Shown here one piece after another: positions 23,960 to 33,494 of a stretch of 64,000 bases of DNA. The notes beneath the pieces were generated by a model. It searched no databases. It saw nothing but the letters and a program-made list of their open reading frames with translations, and was not told the DNA's origin. The DNA comes from Vicinamibacteria bacterium (GTDB lineage: Bacteria > Acidobacteriota > Vicinamibacteria > Marinacidobacterales > Marinacidobacteraceae): the NCBI GenBank assembly GCA_963668695.2, contig CAXXLQ010000004.1, positions 1,920,001-1,984,000 of the forward strand, in the 5' to 3' direction. Every line of letters starts with the position of its first letter. The stretch's first letter is position 1. A program made the translations under genes and the position numbers.

Positions 23960-24898
23960 TCAGGGCGTGTAGTCCACGATGTAATTCAGCGGGTTCTGGG
24001 CTCGCTCGTTGATCCACACTTCATAGTGGAGGTGGGGAGCGCGGCTGCGCCCGGTGTTCCCCACGAGTCCCAGTACCTGGCCGCGGCGGAGCCGCTGGCT
24101 GCGTCGAACGTCAATCCGGGAAAGGTGCGCGTAACGGGTCACCGCGCCGAAACCATGGGAAACCACGACGTTCTTCCCGTAGGTTGGCGAGGTCGATGTC
24201 TCGATGACGAGACCATCCGCGGTGACGCGTATCGGGGTTCCCGTGCCCGCATTGAGATCCAGCCCGTAGTGCCTTTCGATTTCTCCGGTAAACGGATCGT
24301 TGCGCTGCCCGAATCCGGATGACATGTATCCGCGGATCGGCCAGATGGACGGGGTTGACGCGAGCAGCCTGCTCTTCTCCCGCATGGTCCGTTCGAGCGC
24401 AACGCCTTGCTGATCGAGGGAGGCGATTCTGCCGGACAGATCCTCAAGCCGATTGCTCACGTAGTCGTACCCCGCCGGCGTTCCCACGGCGCCGCCGATG
24501 CCACCGATCGGAATGGGGACCGGTTCGGCGCCGGCGATTACCGCCAGCTTGCGCATCCGCATTTCGAGGGACTCGATCCGGCTGGCCATCCGCTCCGTAT
24601 CCTCGGCGTAGTCGCGATTCAACTGACGAAGAGCGTCGCGCTCTTCCTCCAGGGTCGCCGAACCAGGCCCGGGACTGACGAGCAGCCAACCGTAGTGCCC
24701 GACAATGCCAAGGGAAAGGAGCGCGGCGCAGGCAGCCGCCCGTCGGGTTCGGGAACTGATCCGAACCTCGCGCGGCGTGTGGTTCCGCGCACCGAAGACA
24801 ATGATTCTGGTGGGAATCCTGACCGAATCTACTGAGTTTCCCCGGGAAGGGGCGCGTCCGAAGAGCCGCCGACGCAAGGGTATGTTCCGCCCAAACAT
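23960..24898 (-). CDS. M23 family metallopeptidase
   Basis: TM plus coiled coil, PSIWP, HYGLD, YAHL, PHLHYEV; start uncertain. Confidence 0.92.
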   Translation of the reverse strand: MFGRNIPLRRRLFGRAPSRGNSVDSVRIPTRIIVFGARNHTPREVRISSRTRRAAACAALLSLGIVGHYGWLLVSPGPGSATLEEERDALRQLNRDYAEDTERMASRIESLEMRMRKLAVIAGAEPVPIPIGGIGGAVGTPAGYDYVSNRLEDLSGRIASLDQQGVALERTMREKSRLLASTPSIWPIRGYMSSGFGQRNDPFTGEIERHYGLDLNAGTGTPIRVTADGLVIETSTSPTYGKNVVVSHGFGAVTRYAHLSRIDVRRSQRLRRGQVLGLVGNTGRSRAPHLHYEVWINERAQNPLNYIVDYTP

Positions 24899-24954
24899 AG
24901 AGTTACGACCAGATTGTGACCGCTGCCGCTCGGGAATTCAACTCCTTGGGCGGA

Positions 24955-25383
24955 TCAGCGTTCCGACACCGAAGGGCGGTGCGCCGATTTGTGAGACAGC
25001 ACGATGAACCGGGGGAGATCGTTTTCCTGCCACGTGACGGTTCCGCCGGATTTCAGAGTGCGGATCTTCTGAAGACAGCGCCGGATCGGATCCTGAAGGG
25101 GGTCGATCTCAACGAGAATCGCCTCCGGCGGCAAGGCATCCAGCGCCGCCAGACCGTCCGAGAGCAGGCTCTCGGCGCCCTGGAATCCGGAAGTCTGCAA
25201 GTGGTACATCCCGGCGGCAAGCTTCACCAGAGCCTTCAGGGACTCGCGCCGCACTCCCCGGGTCGCGGCCCACTCCTCTTCGAGAACATCGTGGCTTTCG
25301 TAGTATGCCCGCTCGTTGAAGAGCCCGGCGGCCTCTGCCAGTGCGGAGGAATGCCCTTCGGCGGGTCCGGTGATTCCGGTCAC
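24955..25383 (-). CDS. DUF309 family protein
   Basis: LFN..YYESHDVLEEEW..LVKLAAGMYH pattern. Confidence 0.8.
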   Translation of the reverse strand: MTGITGPAEGHSSALAEAAGLFNERAYYESHDVLEEEWAATRGVRRESLKALVKLAAGMYHLQTSGFQGAESLLSDGLAALDALPPEAILVEIDPLQDPIRRCLQKIRTLKSGGTVTWQENDLPRFIVLSHKSAHRPSVSER

Positions 25384-27029
25384 GCGTTCCCCCTGAGCGC
25401 CTTGGCGTCGGGGTTCGCGCCGGTCGGTGTGATCCCGGCGGAACCCGGTTCGCTCAGTTCGGCGGCCGCCCGGAACTGAATCGCTTCCTCAAAGTGCAAC
25501 GGCTCAATGTTGTCGCTCCCCGCGAGGTCGGCGATGGTCCGGGCCACCCGGAAGGCGCGGGTGATGCCGCGCGTGGACATACCGAGGCCATCCATCGCCC
25601 AGGAAACCAGCGATCGAAACGGGCCGGAGAGCGATGCCTGTTTCACTTCGGCGATCGACGTGCGAGCTGGCGTCGTTGCTGTCCGGAACCTCTCGTCCCG
25701 TCGGCGACGGGCCAGGTGCACCCGCTCCCGCACGGGGGCAGTGGACTCGCCGGAGGCCGGGCCCAATACATCTCCGGAGGTTACCGGGCGGACTGTCAGG
25801 TGGATGTCCATACGGTCGAGTAGCGGGCCGGAAATGCGTGAGCGGTAGCGCGCGACGGAGGCGGGAGGACAGCGGCAGGGTCGCCCTCCCTCGCCGTGGA
25901 AGCCGCAGGGACACGGATTCATGGCTGCCACCAGTTGGAACTGCGCCGGGAAGCGGACGGAGTGGCGGACGCGCCCGATGTGAATGTCCCCGCTCTCGAG
26001 CGGCTGGCGCAAGCACTCCAGAACCGGGCGCTGGAATTCGGAAAGTTCGTCCAGGAACAGCACCCCGTGATGCGCGAGGGTCATTTCCCCCGGCCGGGGT
26101 CCCGATCCTCCGCCGGCCATGCCGGCATAGGAGATCGTGTGGTGCGGCGCCCGGAACGGAGGCCGCTGCGGCGGGCCGGAGAGCGGCTGGCCGATGGCCG
26201 AACGGATGCGAGCCACCTCCATGGCCTGTTCCGGGGAGAGTTGGGGAAGCAGATCCGGAAGGATGCCGACGAGCAGGGTCTTCCCGCTTCCGGGCGGACC
26301 GACAAAGAGGAGGTTGTGGGAACCGGCCGCGGCGATCTCGAGGGCCCGCCGCGCGCGTGGCTGTCCGCATACTTGAGCGAGGTCTACTCCGGAGCGGGAT
26401 GCCACGGGCGGCCGGGGGGAGGGCTGATGGGGCGGGGGAAGCGACGGAGCGGTCAGCAGATCGGCGGCGGCGCGGAGACTGGAAGCGGGATACACCCGAA
26501 CCCCGGCGGCCATGGCGGTCTCGTCCGCGTTTTCGGGGGGCACGATGGCTGTTTGCATACCGGCGGCTGCTGCTTCCCAGGCGATCGGCAGCCCGCCGGG
26601 TGCCGGCCGTATCGAGCCGTCGAGGGCCAGCTCACCGAGCAGCAGGGTGTCCGCCAACCGGTGGCGAGGCACCACCCCGGTAGCGGCGAGCACACCGAGC
26701 GCAACCGCCAGATCAAAGCCCGCTCCTTCCTTGCGAACCCCGGCCGGAGCCAGATTGACCACGACGTGTCCGTTCGGGACGTGGAATCCGCTGTTGCGCA
26801 GCGCCGCCTTGACCCGGAGTTGTGCTTCGCGGACTACGGCGTCCGGGAGACCCACGGTGCGAAACGAGGATTGGTCCGCGCGCTGCAGGTCTACTTCGAC
26901 ACGAATCAACAGCCCCTCGACTCCCCGGACGGTCCCGGTCCGGGTGACTGCAAGCAGCCGTCCCGTGCCGGTGCCCCGGCCGGCGGTGGGATCGGTATCG
27001 GAAGCTGGAGCCGGTCGCACAAAAAGCAC
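25380..27029 (-). CDS. comM: YifB/ComM Mg-chelatase-like AAA ATPase
   Basis: VGLPDAVVREA, VNLAPA, GPPGSGKT, RAPHHT, AMNPCPCG, ARTIADL; true start probably near 26957. Confidence 0.93.
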   Translation of the reverse strand: MLFVRPAPASDTDPTAGRGTGTGRLLAVTRTGTVRGVEGLLIRVEVDLQRADQSSFRTVGLPDAVVREAQLRVKAALRNSGFHVPNGHVVVNLAPAGVRKEGAGFDLAVALGVLAATGVVPRHRLADTLLLGELALDGSIRPAPGGLPIAWEAAAAGMQTAIVPPENADETAMAAGVRVYPASSLRAAADLLTAPSLPPPHQPSPRPPVASRSGVDLAQVCGQPRARRALEIAAAGSHNLLFVGPPGSGKTLLVGILPDLLPQLSPEQAMEVARIRSAIGQPLSGPPQRPPFRAPHHTISYAGMAGGGSGPRPGEMTLAHHGVLFLDELSEFQRPVLECLRQPLESGDIHIGRVRHSVRFPAQFQLVAAMNPCPCGFHGEGGRPCRCPPASVARYRSRISGPLLDRMDIHLTVRPVTSGDVLGPASGESTAPVRERVHLARRRRDERFRTATTPARTSIAEVKQASLSGPFRSLVSWAMDGLGMSTRGITRAFRVARTIADLAGSDNIEPLHFEEAIQFRAAAELSEPGSAGITPTGANPDAKALRGNA

Positions 27030-27259
27030 AGACGGAATTCCCGGCGTTTTCTTCCCGCTTCGGCATCGATTGTGGATAAGTCATCGTGGAGGCGCCGTTT
27101 TGCGGGGTATCGCCGCCTCAGCGATCCGCACGGGATACGATTCGGGCTCGGCGGGGCTTCGCCGGGCCGTCTCGGGTACAAGTCACCCGATCCGGGGCCC
27201 CTCCGGGAGAACTGGCAGAGGCCGGTTCTCCGGCCGCTTCCCGCCTTCTCCTTCGCTTC

Positions 27260-27991
27260 ATGGATTTCTTCACGCTGCTCACCGCCTTCGGGGCCGGAGT
27301 GCTGTCGTTCCTGTCGCCCTGCGTGTTGCCCCTCGTGCCGGGATATATCTCCTTCGTCTCGGGGGCCTCGTTGAGCGAACTGGCGGACGGGGCGCTCACC
27401 GGGGATGCGGTAGCCCGCCGGCGCCGGGTCATCGTGAACACCGTCGCCTTCGTGCTGGGCTTTTCGATCGTGTTCGTGGCGATGGGCGCCTCGGCAACCT
27501 ATGCCGGGCAGTGGCTCGCCGGAAACCGGATCATGCTCGGCCGGATCGCGGGGACGGTCATCGTGGTGTTCGGCCTGCACGTGATGGGGGTTCTGAAGAT
27601 CCCCTTCCTGAACGTGGAAAAACGCTTCCATTCGAGCCGCGAGCCCGTCAGCCTGCTCGGCTCGTTCGGGATCGGTCTCGCGTTCGCGTTTGGGTGGTCG
27701 CCCTGTATCGGACCGATCCTCGCCGGCGTTCTGGTTCTGGCCGCGAACTATGAGACGGTGACCCAGGGCATCATCCTGCTGAGCGCGTACTCGCTTGGAC
27801 TCGGGGTCCCCTTCCTGCTTACCGGGATCGCGGTGGATCGCTTCTTCGCGCTCTCCAAGAAAGTAAAGCGGCACATGCGGGTGGTGGAAATCGTCGCGGG
27901 CGTGCTTCTCGTAGTCATCGGAGTGCTGGTGTTCACCGACAGCCTCCAGGCGCTCTCGCAGTACCTCACTTTCCTTCCGGTGCTTGGCTGA
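27260..27991 (+). CDS. ccdA: Cytochrome c biogenesis protein CcdA
   Basis: SFLSPCVLPLVPGY and FGWSPCIGPIL motifs. Confidence 0.95.
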   Translation: MDFFTLLTAFGAGVLSFLSPCVLPLVPGYISFVSGASLSELADGALTGDAVARRRRVIVNTVAFVLGFSIVFVAMGASATYAGQWLAGNRIMLGRIAGTVIVVFGLHVMGVLKIPFLNVEKRFHSSREPVSLLGSFGIGLAFAFGWSPCIGPILAGVLVLAANYETVTQGIILLSAYSLGLGVPFLLTGIAVDRFFALSKKVKRHMRVVEIVAGVLLVVIGVLVFTDSLQALSQYLTFLPVLG

Positions 27992-28013
27992 CCTTTCCTT
28001 AGCGGGGTACCCC

Positions 28014-28400
28014 ATGCCGACGTGGCTCTTGTTTTCGATGTTGCTGGCTATCAGTTCTGGCGGCCAAGAGGTTTGGGTCGTTCCGGACGAGGCCCGGAAC
28101 CTGGAGAGCCCGGTTCCCCTCACCGATGCTGCGCTGACGGCCGGCGAGAAGGCCTACGGTGCGCGGTGCGCCTCCTGCCACGGCGACTCGGGCAAGGGCG
28201 ACGGCAAGGCCACCCGGTTTATCCGCCCGGCGCCCGCCGACATCTCGACTGCGGAAGCGCGGGATCGGATGACGGACGGCGAGATGTTCTACAAGATCAC
28301 CGAGGGGAAGAAGCCGATGCCGGGTATGGCCCGGACGCTCAGCGACGAGGAACGCTGGCAGGTGGTGCACTACGTGAGGACGCTCCAGCCGGCGCGCTAG
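28014..28400 (+). CDS. Monoheme c-type cytochrome
   Basis: Signal peptide, CASCHG heme motif, distal MPG. Confidence 0.9.
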   Translation: MPTWLLFSMLLAISSGGQEVWVVPDEARNLESPVPLTDAALTAGEKAYGARCASCHGDSGKGDGKATRFIRPAPADISTAEARDRMTDGEMFYKITEGKKPMPGMARTLSDEERWQVVHYVRTLQPAR

Positions 28401-28598
28401 CAGCCTGTGGTGAAACCCAAGCGGCGTTCGACCGGCGATGCATCCCGGCTGAACCACTCCGCTGCGCTCCGTTCTGCGTTGCGTTTCGGTCGAAATACAC
28501 GCGGTATTCCTCCCTCACGCGCCTTGTCAGCCGGACCCCCACCGGGAGAACTGGGCCTCGCCGCTCTCGGCGCTCACCCGGGTTCCACCACCGGCTGC
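28400..28598. mobile_element. MITE-like element, body A
   Basis: Starts in the TAG stop of the cytochrome gene; TIR GGTGAAACCC/GGGTTCCACC. Confidence 0.8.
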
Positions 28599-28624
28599 CA
28601 ACCAGACGACGGAGGATGACCATC

Positions 28625-29185
28625 ATGCCCGCTCCCAGGAATCTACCCGCACCGAACATCGCGTCCGGCTTTGCCCTCCTGCTTGCAGGTCTGCTCGTCC
28701 TGTCCTCGTGTGGTGCTCCCCCGCCAGGGGCCGGAGGCGGCGCCGGTGGAATGGCCGAAGTGGCGCCGGATCTCACCCTGGCGCGGATCGAGCGCGACGG
28801 CGAGGTGAGTCTGCGGGGCGATGGGGCTGGCAAGGTGGTGCTGGTGGACCTCTGGGCCACCTGGTGCGTCCCCTGCGTGGCCGAGCTGCCGCACCTGCAG
28901 GAATTGTCCGAGACCCTTTCCGAGGATGACTTTCTGATGCTCGGAATCGTTCTGGATTCCGGTGACGCGGAGAAAGTCGCACCGTTCCTGGCGGAAAAGG
29001 GCCTCACCTATCCGAACGTGATGGGTTCCAACGAAGCCCGCGATTCGTTCGGTCCGTTCCTCGGCTATCCCACGAAGTACCTCATCGATCGCGACGGCAA
29101 GCTCGTCAAGCGCTACCTCGGCGCCGTCGGCGAACTCCTGAACGAGGAAATCGGCAAGCTGATCGAGACCGGCACCCTCAACTGA
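28625..29185 (+). CDS. TlpA-family thiol:disulfide oxidoreductase lipoprotein
   Basis: GGAGG RBS; LSSC lipobox; WATWCVPC; cis-Pro YPT. Confidence 0.9.
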   Translation: MPAPRNLPAPNIASGFALLLAGLLVLSSCGAPPPGAGGGAGGMAEVAPDLTLARIERDGEVSLRGDGAGKVVLVDLWATWCVPCVAELPHLQELSETLSEDDFLMLGIVLDSGDAEKVAPFLAEKGLTYPNVMGSNEARDSFGPFLGYPTKYLIDRDGKLVKRYLGAVGELLNEEIGKLIETGTLN

Positions 29186-29331
29186 GGGAGCGCCGGCCGC
29201 CGGCCGGCATCGTCCGCCGCACGCGGACGAAAGCCTCGCTGCTCACTCTCACGGCCGGCACAACGCTGCCATCCCTGCGGTTCAACCTCTCACGGGGAAG
29301 GGATGACGGATTGACCAACGAGCAGACTCAT

Positions 29332-29490
29332 GGCAGCGAACTCTGTTCGCTGCCCGCGATTTCGGGGGAAAGTGTGAAAGGGGGGATTCCCCCCTTTCAC
29401 AAGAAGACAACGACGAATCGCGGCTCGCCGCCGCTCGCCAACGGCGCGCAAGGGAGTTGTGATTCGCGGCGCGAAGCGCCGGGCGGTCTG
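29332..29490. repeat. Repeat family B copy
   Basis: Near-identical to 10395 copy. Confidence 0.8.
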
Positions 29491-29543
29491 GGGGCGGGGC
29501 GTGCGGGCCGATCCACCTTTGACGTATCTGTGCTGGCCAAGAA

Positions 29544-30863
29544 TTACGCCCCGCCCCCAGTCCGCCCGACGTCCAACTGGCCTTCAGACGCCGCCACCGC
29601 AGACGCGACCGCGAGGTCGCCGGTGACGTTCGTCGCGGTCCGCAGCATGTCCAGAATCCGGTCCACACCGAGGATGAGCGCCACGCCCTCGGTGGGCACT
29701 CCGATCGCCTGCAGGATGATGACGAGCATGATGATGCCGGCTCCGGGCACCGCCGCCGTACCGATCGAGACGAGCACCGCGGTGAGCACGATGGTGAGCT
29801 GGCCCTCGAGGCCAATGGACATGCCGAGTGATTGGGCGATGAAGAGGGCTGCCGCCGCCTGATAGAGGGCGGTGCCGTCCATGTTGATGGTCGCTCCCAG
29901 CGGCAGCACGAACGACGAGACCTCCTCCGAGACCCCGAGATCACGCTGGGCGCAGTCCATGGTCACCGGCAGGGTTGCGCCGCTCGAACTGGTCGAAAAC
30001 GCCACCAGTTGGACCCGCGCCGCCGCCGGGAAGAAACGACCCCAGCGAATCGGCGTGAGGAACTTGAGGATCAGTGGATAGACGACCAGCATCTGGGTGG
30101 CGAGTCCGGCGACCACCACGAGGCAGTAGAACCCGAGCGCCCCAAGGAGCTGCACCACCTCCTGCGGATCGTCCCCGGCCATTCCGGTGATTGCCCTGGC
30201 AATCAGCGCGAAAACGCCGAGCGGCGCAATCCGCATCACGATCCCGACGAACTCGACGACCACCGCCTCGAGCCCCTTGAAGAACGCGAGCAGTGGAGCG
30301 CCCTTGTCCTTCGGAATGCGTAGCAGCGCGATCCCGAACATGAGCGCCAGGAACACCACCTGGAGCATGTTCCGGTTGCTTGACGTCGAGGAGACGATGT
30401 TCGACGGCACGATGTCCTCGAGAATGCTCAAGGGGCCGCGCTCCTCCATCATCTGCTCCGCGGCTCCCTGGCGGGTGGAGGCTGCCTCCTCGTACTGCTG
30501 CGCCAGTTCCCGCCGGAGGGATTCCGGCACGTAGTCGCCGGGCCGCAGCAGGTTGGCGTACCCGAGGCCGATCGCCACCGCGATCGCCGTCGTTGTCAAA
30601 TAGATGGCGATCGTTTTCCCACCGATCCGGCTGACCTTGCGCATATCGCTGAGCGAGGCCACGCCGATGATCAGCGAGGCCAGGACCAGCGGTATCGCGA
30701 TGAGCTGCAGGCCGTTGAAGAAGACGTCCCCGAACGGCGAGATGTAGTCGTCAGTGAACTCCGTCCAGCCGAACGCTGCGGCCGTCACGCCATAGACGAT
30801 GCCGAGGGCGAGACCGAGAACGATCTGAACCCAGAGTTTCCGATACCAGGGAGTGTTCTTCAT
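29544..30863 (-). CDS. Dicarboxylate/amino acid:cation symporter (DAACS/GltP family)
   Basis: FSTSSSGATLP, GATINMDGTALY, DRILDMLRTATNVTGD. Confidence 0.95.
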   Translation of the reverse strand: MKNTPWYRKLWVQIVLGLALGIVYGVTAAAFGWTEFTDDYISPFGDVFFNGLQLIAIPLVLASLIIGVASLSDMRKVSRIGGKTIAIYLTTTAIAVAIGLGYANLLRPGDYVPESLRRELAQQYEEAASTRQGAAEQMMEERGPLSILEDIVPSNIVSSTSSNRNMLQVVFLALMFGIALLRIPKDKGAPLLAFFKGLEAVVVEFVGIVMRIAPLGVFALIARAITGMAGDDPQEVVQLLGALGFYCLVVVAGLATQMLVVYPLILKFLTPIRWGRFFPAAARVQLVAFSTSSSGATLPVTMDCAQRDLGVSEEVSSFVLPLGATINMDGTALYQAAAALFIAQSLGMSIGLEGQLTIVLTAVLVSIGTAAVPGAGIIMLVIILQAIGVPTEGVALILGVDRILDMLRTATNVTGDLAVASAVAASEGQLDVGRTGGGA

Positions 30864-30983
30864 GGGAGAGTGGCGTTCGGTCGCCGTGCCGGCGAGTGCT
30901 GGGTTGCGGAAAGGGAGCCGGATTCGAGGCCCGGCTGAGTCGGGATCGCGGACTCTACCCGGAGCATGCCAGCCGGAGGGCCA

Positions 30984-31206
30984 ATAGCCGGTGGTGAAAC
31001 TCTGAGGGCAGCCATTCGCGGCGCGCAGCGCCGCGGGGGTGGGGTGTGGGGAGGGGTTTCCCCTCCCCACGAAAGAAGGTGGAGTGAATCGCGTAGCGAT
31101 TCGCACCACCAACCCGTGGGGAAAGCGCCCCGCACGCACACAAACCGTCGGATTCGGCGCGCGGGGCCTCCCGGGGCTCGGTGCGGGGTGCTTTCACCAC
31201 GGCTGC
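30984..31206. mobile_element. MITE-like element, body C
   Basis: Ends AGCCGGTGGTGAAA / TTTCACCACGGCTGC-TA on the rnd stop codon. Confidence 0.75.
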
Positions 31207-32645
31207 TAGGGGCGTGAATCCCGGAGGATGAACCGCCCCAGCCGGCCGAGGCGGGCGAGCCGGATGGGGGGCTGGCCGCCCTCCTGCTGTGGCCCGCTCG
31301 CTCCCACCTGGATGACGGCTTGGCCCGAGAGGATCAGCAGGAGGTCCTCTCCCAGGATGCGCCGGCGGTACCCCTTGAGGGGGCGGGCGTCGGGCGCCTC
31401 ATTCGGGTAGGCGGCGACGATCGCGCGGAGTTCTTCCTGCGTGGCGAGTAGTTCGGGCGCCACGCCGTGCTCGTTGGCGCGCAGCTTGAGCCAGGTCTCC
31501 AGCAGGAGCGCCAGTGATTCCGGGGCCGGCCGCCGCTCTCGCTTGCCCTTCCCGGTGAAGGGAATCGGCTTCCGGGCGCCGGCGGCGAGCAACCGCAGCA
31601 CGGTGTCCGTGTTCTTCAGCAGCACCGCACGGGTCTGCTGGATGGTCTTCGGATCGCCCTTCGGGGGACGCCCGGCAACCGACTCATACGGGGCAAGAAG
31701 TTCGTCCGGGTTTCGAGGCTGGCGCCGGGACAGATCGCGCGCCGCGCCGTCCTTCAGGATCCAGCCACGGGGACGGTTGGAAGAACGAGCCCGGCGCTCC
31801 CTCCAGGCGGCCAGTTCCCGGAGCGAGCCACGTTGCGAAGGCGTCAGCGCCGGGGCGTCAAGGGCGCGATAGCACTCCTCGGCGGGCGGCATTCGGTAGG
31901 CTGCTTCTTCGGTGAGCGGAATCATCTCTTCCCGCAGCCAATCCAGACGTCCGAGGGTCTTCGCACGCTCGGTCAGTTTGTGCCGCAGCGGAATCAGGTA
32001 GCGGACATCCGCAATCGCGTATTCCACCTGGCGAGCCGTCAATGGTCGCCGCAGCCAGTTGGACATCTGCTCCTGCTTGGATAGCTCGCGGCCCTGGAAA
32101 CCGGCGACCAGCGTTCGGAGGGCGATCTGGACCTTCTTGCCGTGCCCGATGACTGCCGCTGCTACCTGCGTGTCGAAGACGTTCTTCGGCACCACGCCGG
32201 CCAGCCCGTAAAAGATGTCGAAGTCGTGTTTGCCGGAGTGCACCACCTTGAGCACGGCGGGATCGGCAATGAGCGCAAAGAGCGGGTCCAGTTCCTTGAC
32301 TTCGAGCGGGTCGACCACCGCCTCCACCTCCGGAGCCGCCACCTGGATCAGGCCGAGTTCCGGGAACAGCCGGTTCTCGGGGATGAACTCGGTGTCGAGC
32401 GCGAACTCGCCGGCGGCTCGCAGGTCCGCTACCAGCTCGTCGAGCCCCTCTTGATCCCGGACGATCCGGATGTCGCCGATCCGGTCGGGTGAGGGTCCCG
32501 GAGCGGAGGAGGGCTCTCGAGCGCCGCGCCGCGAAAAACTCCGTGCGTCGTCCCGGGCCGGTCTGCCACGGACTGGCGCCACTCCCGAGGGTCGGGCGTC
32601 CGATTCTGTCCGGGTCCCGTTACGCGGTGCGTTTTGTTCTTCCAA
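31206..32645 (-). CDS. rnd: Ribonuclease D (DEDDy plus HRDC)
   Basis: FALDTEF, LIQVA, FDTQVAA, SNWLRRPL, YAIADV, AWRERRA; TTG start after GGAG is tentative. Confidence 0.88.
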   Translation of the reverse strand: MEEQNAPRNGTRTESDARPSGVAPVRGRPARDDARSFSRRGAREPSSAPGPSPDRIGDIRIVRDQEGLDELVADLRAAGEFALDTEFIPENRLFPELGLIQVAAPEVEAVVDPLEVKELDPLFALIADPAVLKVVHSGKHDFDIFYGLAGVVPKNVFDTQVAAAVIGHGKKVQIALRTLVAGFQGRELSKQEQMSNWLRRPLTARQVEYAIADVRYLIPLRHKLTERAKTLGRLDWLREEMIPLTEEAAYRMPPAEECYRALDAPALTPSQRGSLRELAAWRERRARSSNRPRGWILKDGAARDLSRRQPRNPDELLAPYESVAGRPPKGDPKTIQQTRAVLLKNTDTVLRLLAAGARKPIPFTGKGKRERRPAPESLALLLETWLKLRANEHGVAPELLATQEELRAIVAAYPNEAPDARPLKGYRRRILGEDLLLILSGQAVIQVGASGPQQEGGQPPIRLARLGRLGRFILRDSRP

Positions 32646-32746
32646 ATCTCTCCGTGGATCGTCCGTCCCAACATTTCCCTCGGCGTCCGTCCCCCGAGGA
32701 CCTCCGAACCGACAACAAGGGAGAAGTGTACCGCCCGAGTCGCCTA

Positions 32747-33481
32747 GCAGCCTGTGGGCAAAGTGGCGTGAGCGCCGAGGCTGGCCAGTTCTCCCGGTGG
32801 GGGCGAGGCGCCCGGCTGACAACGCGTGAGGGAGGAATACCTGGTGTATTCCGACCGAAACGCAACGATGAGCGGCGCGCAGCGACGCGGGTAACAGCCG
32901 GTGGTGGAACCCACGTGAGCGCCGAGGCCGGCGAGGCGCCCGGCTGACAAGGCGCGTGAGGGAGGAATACCTGGTGTATTTCGACCGAAACGCAACGACG
33001 AGCGGCGCGCAGCGACGCGGTTCAGCCGGGATGGATCGCCGGCCGAACGCCGCGTGGGTTCCGCCACCGGTTGTTTGGCCGGGATGGATCGCCGGCCGAG
33101 CCCCCACCGGGAGAACTGGGCCGCGTGGGTTTCATCACCGGTTGTTTGGCCGGGATGGATCGCCGGCCGAGCCCCCACCGGGAGAACTGGGCCGCGCGGG
33201 TTTCATTACAGGCTGTTTGGCCGGGATGGATCGCCGGCCGAGCCCCACCGGGAGAACTGGGCCGCGCGGGTTTCATTACAGGCTGTTTGGCCGGGATGGA
33301 TCGCCGACCGAGCCCCCACCGGGAGAACTGGGCCGCGCGGGTTTCATTACAGGCTGTTTGGCCGGGATGGATCGCCGACCGAGCCCCCACCGGGAGAACT
33401 GGGCCGCGCGGGTTTCATTACAGGCTGTTCAGCCGGGATGGATCGCCGGCCGAACGCCGCGTGACTTTGTCCACAGGCTGC
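32747..33481. mobile_element. Nested A elements with tandem array of right ends
   Basis: CTAG on both flanks; two left halves then seven right-end units (about 71 nt with module, about 53 nt without). Confidence 0.85.
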
Positions 33482-33494
33482 TAGTCCCTGGGAT

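Noticed and set aside
25380-27029. comM as evidence that the 18-mer is a DNA uptake sequence
   Set aside because: comM is widespread, and the 18-mer is clustered in MITEs rather than evenly dispersed or in coding regions as uptake sequences are.
33019-33480. Tandem arrays as CRISPR (also 36087-36619)
   Set aside because: Units repeat in full with no unique spacers, match MITE right ends, and no cas genes are present.
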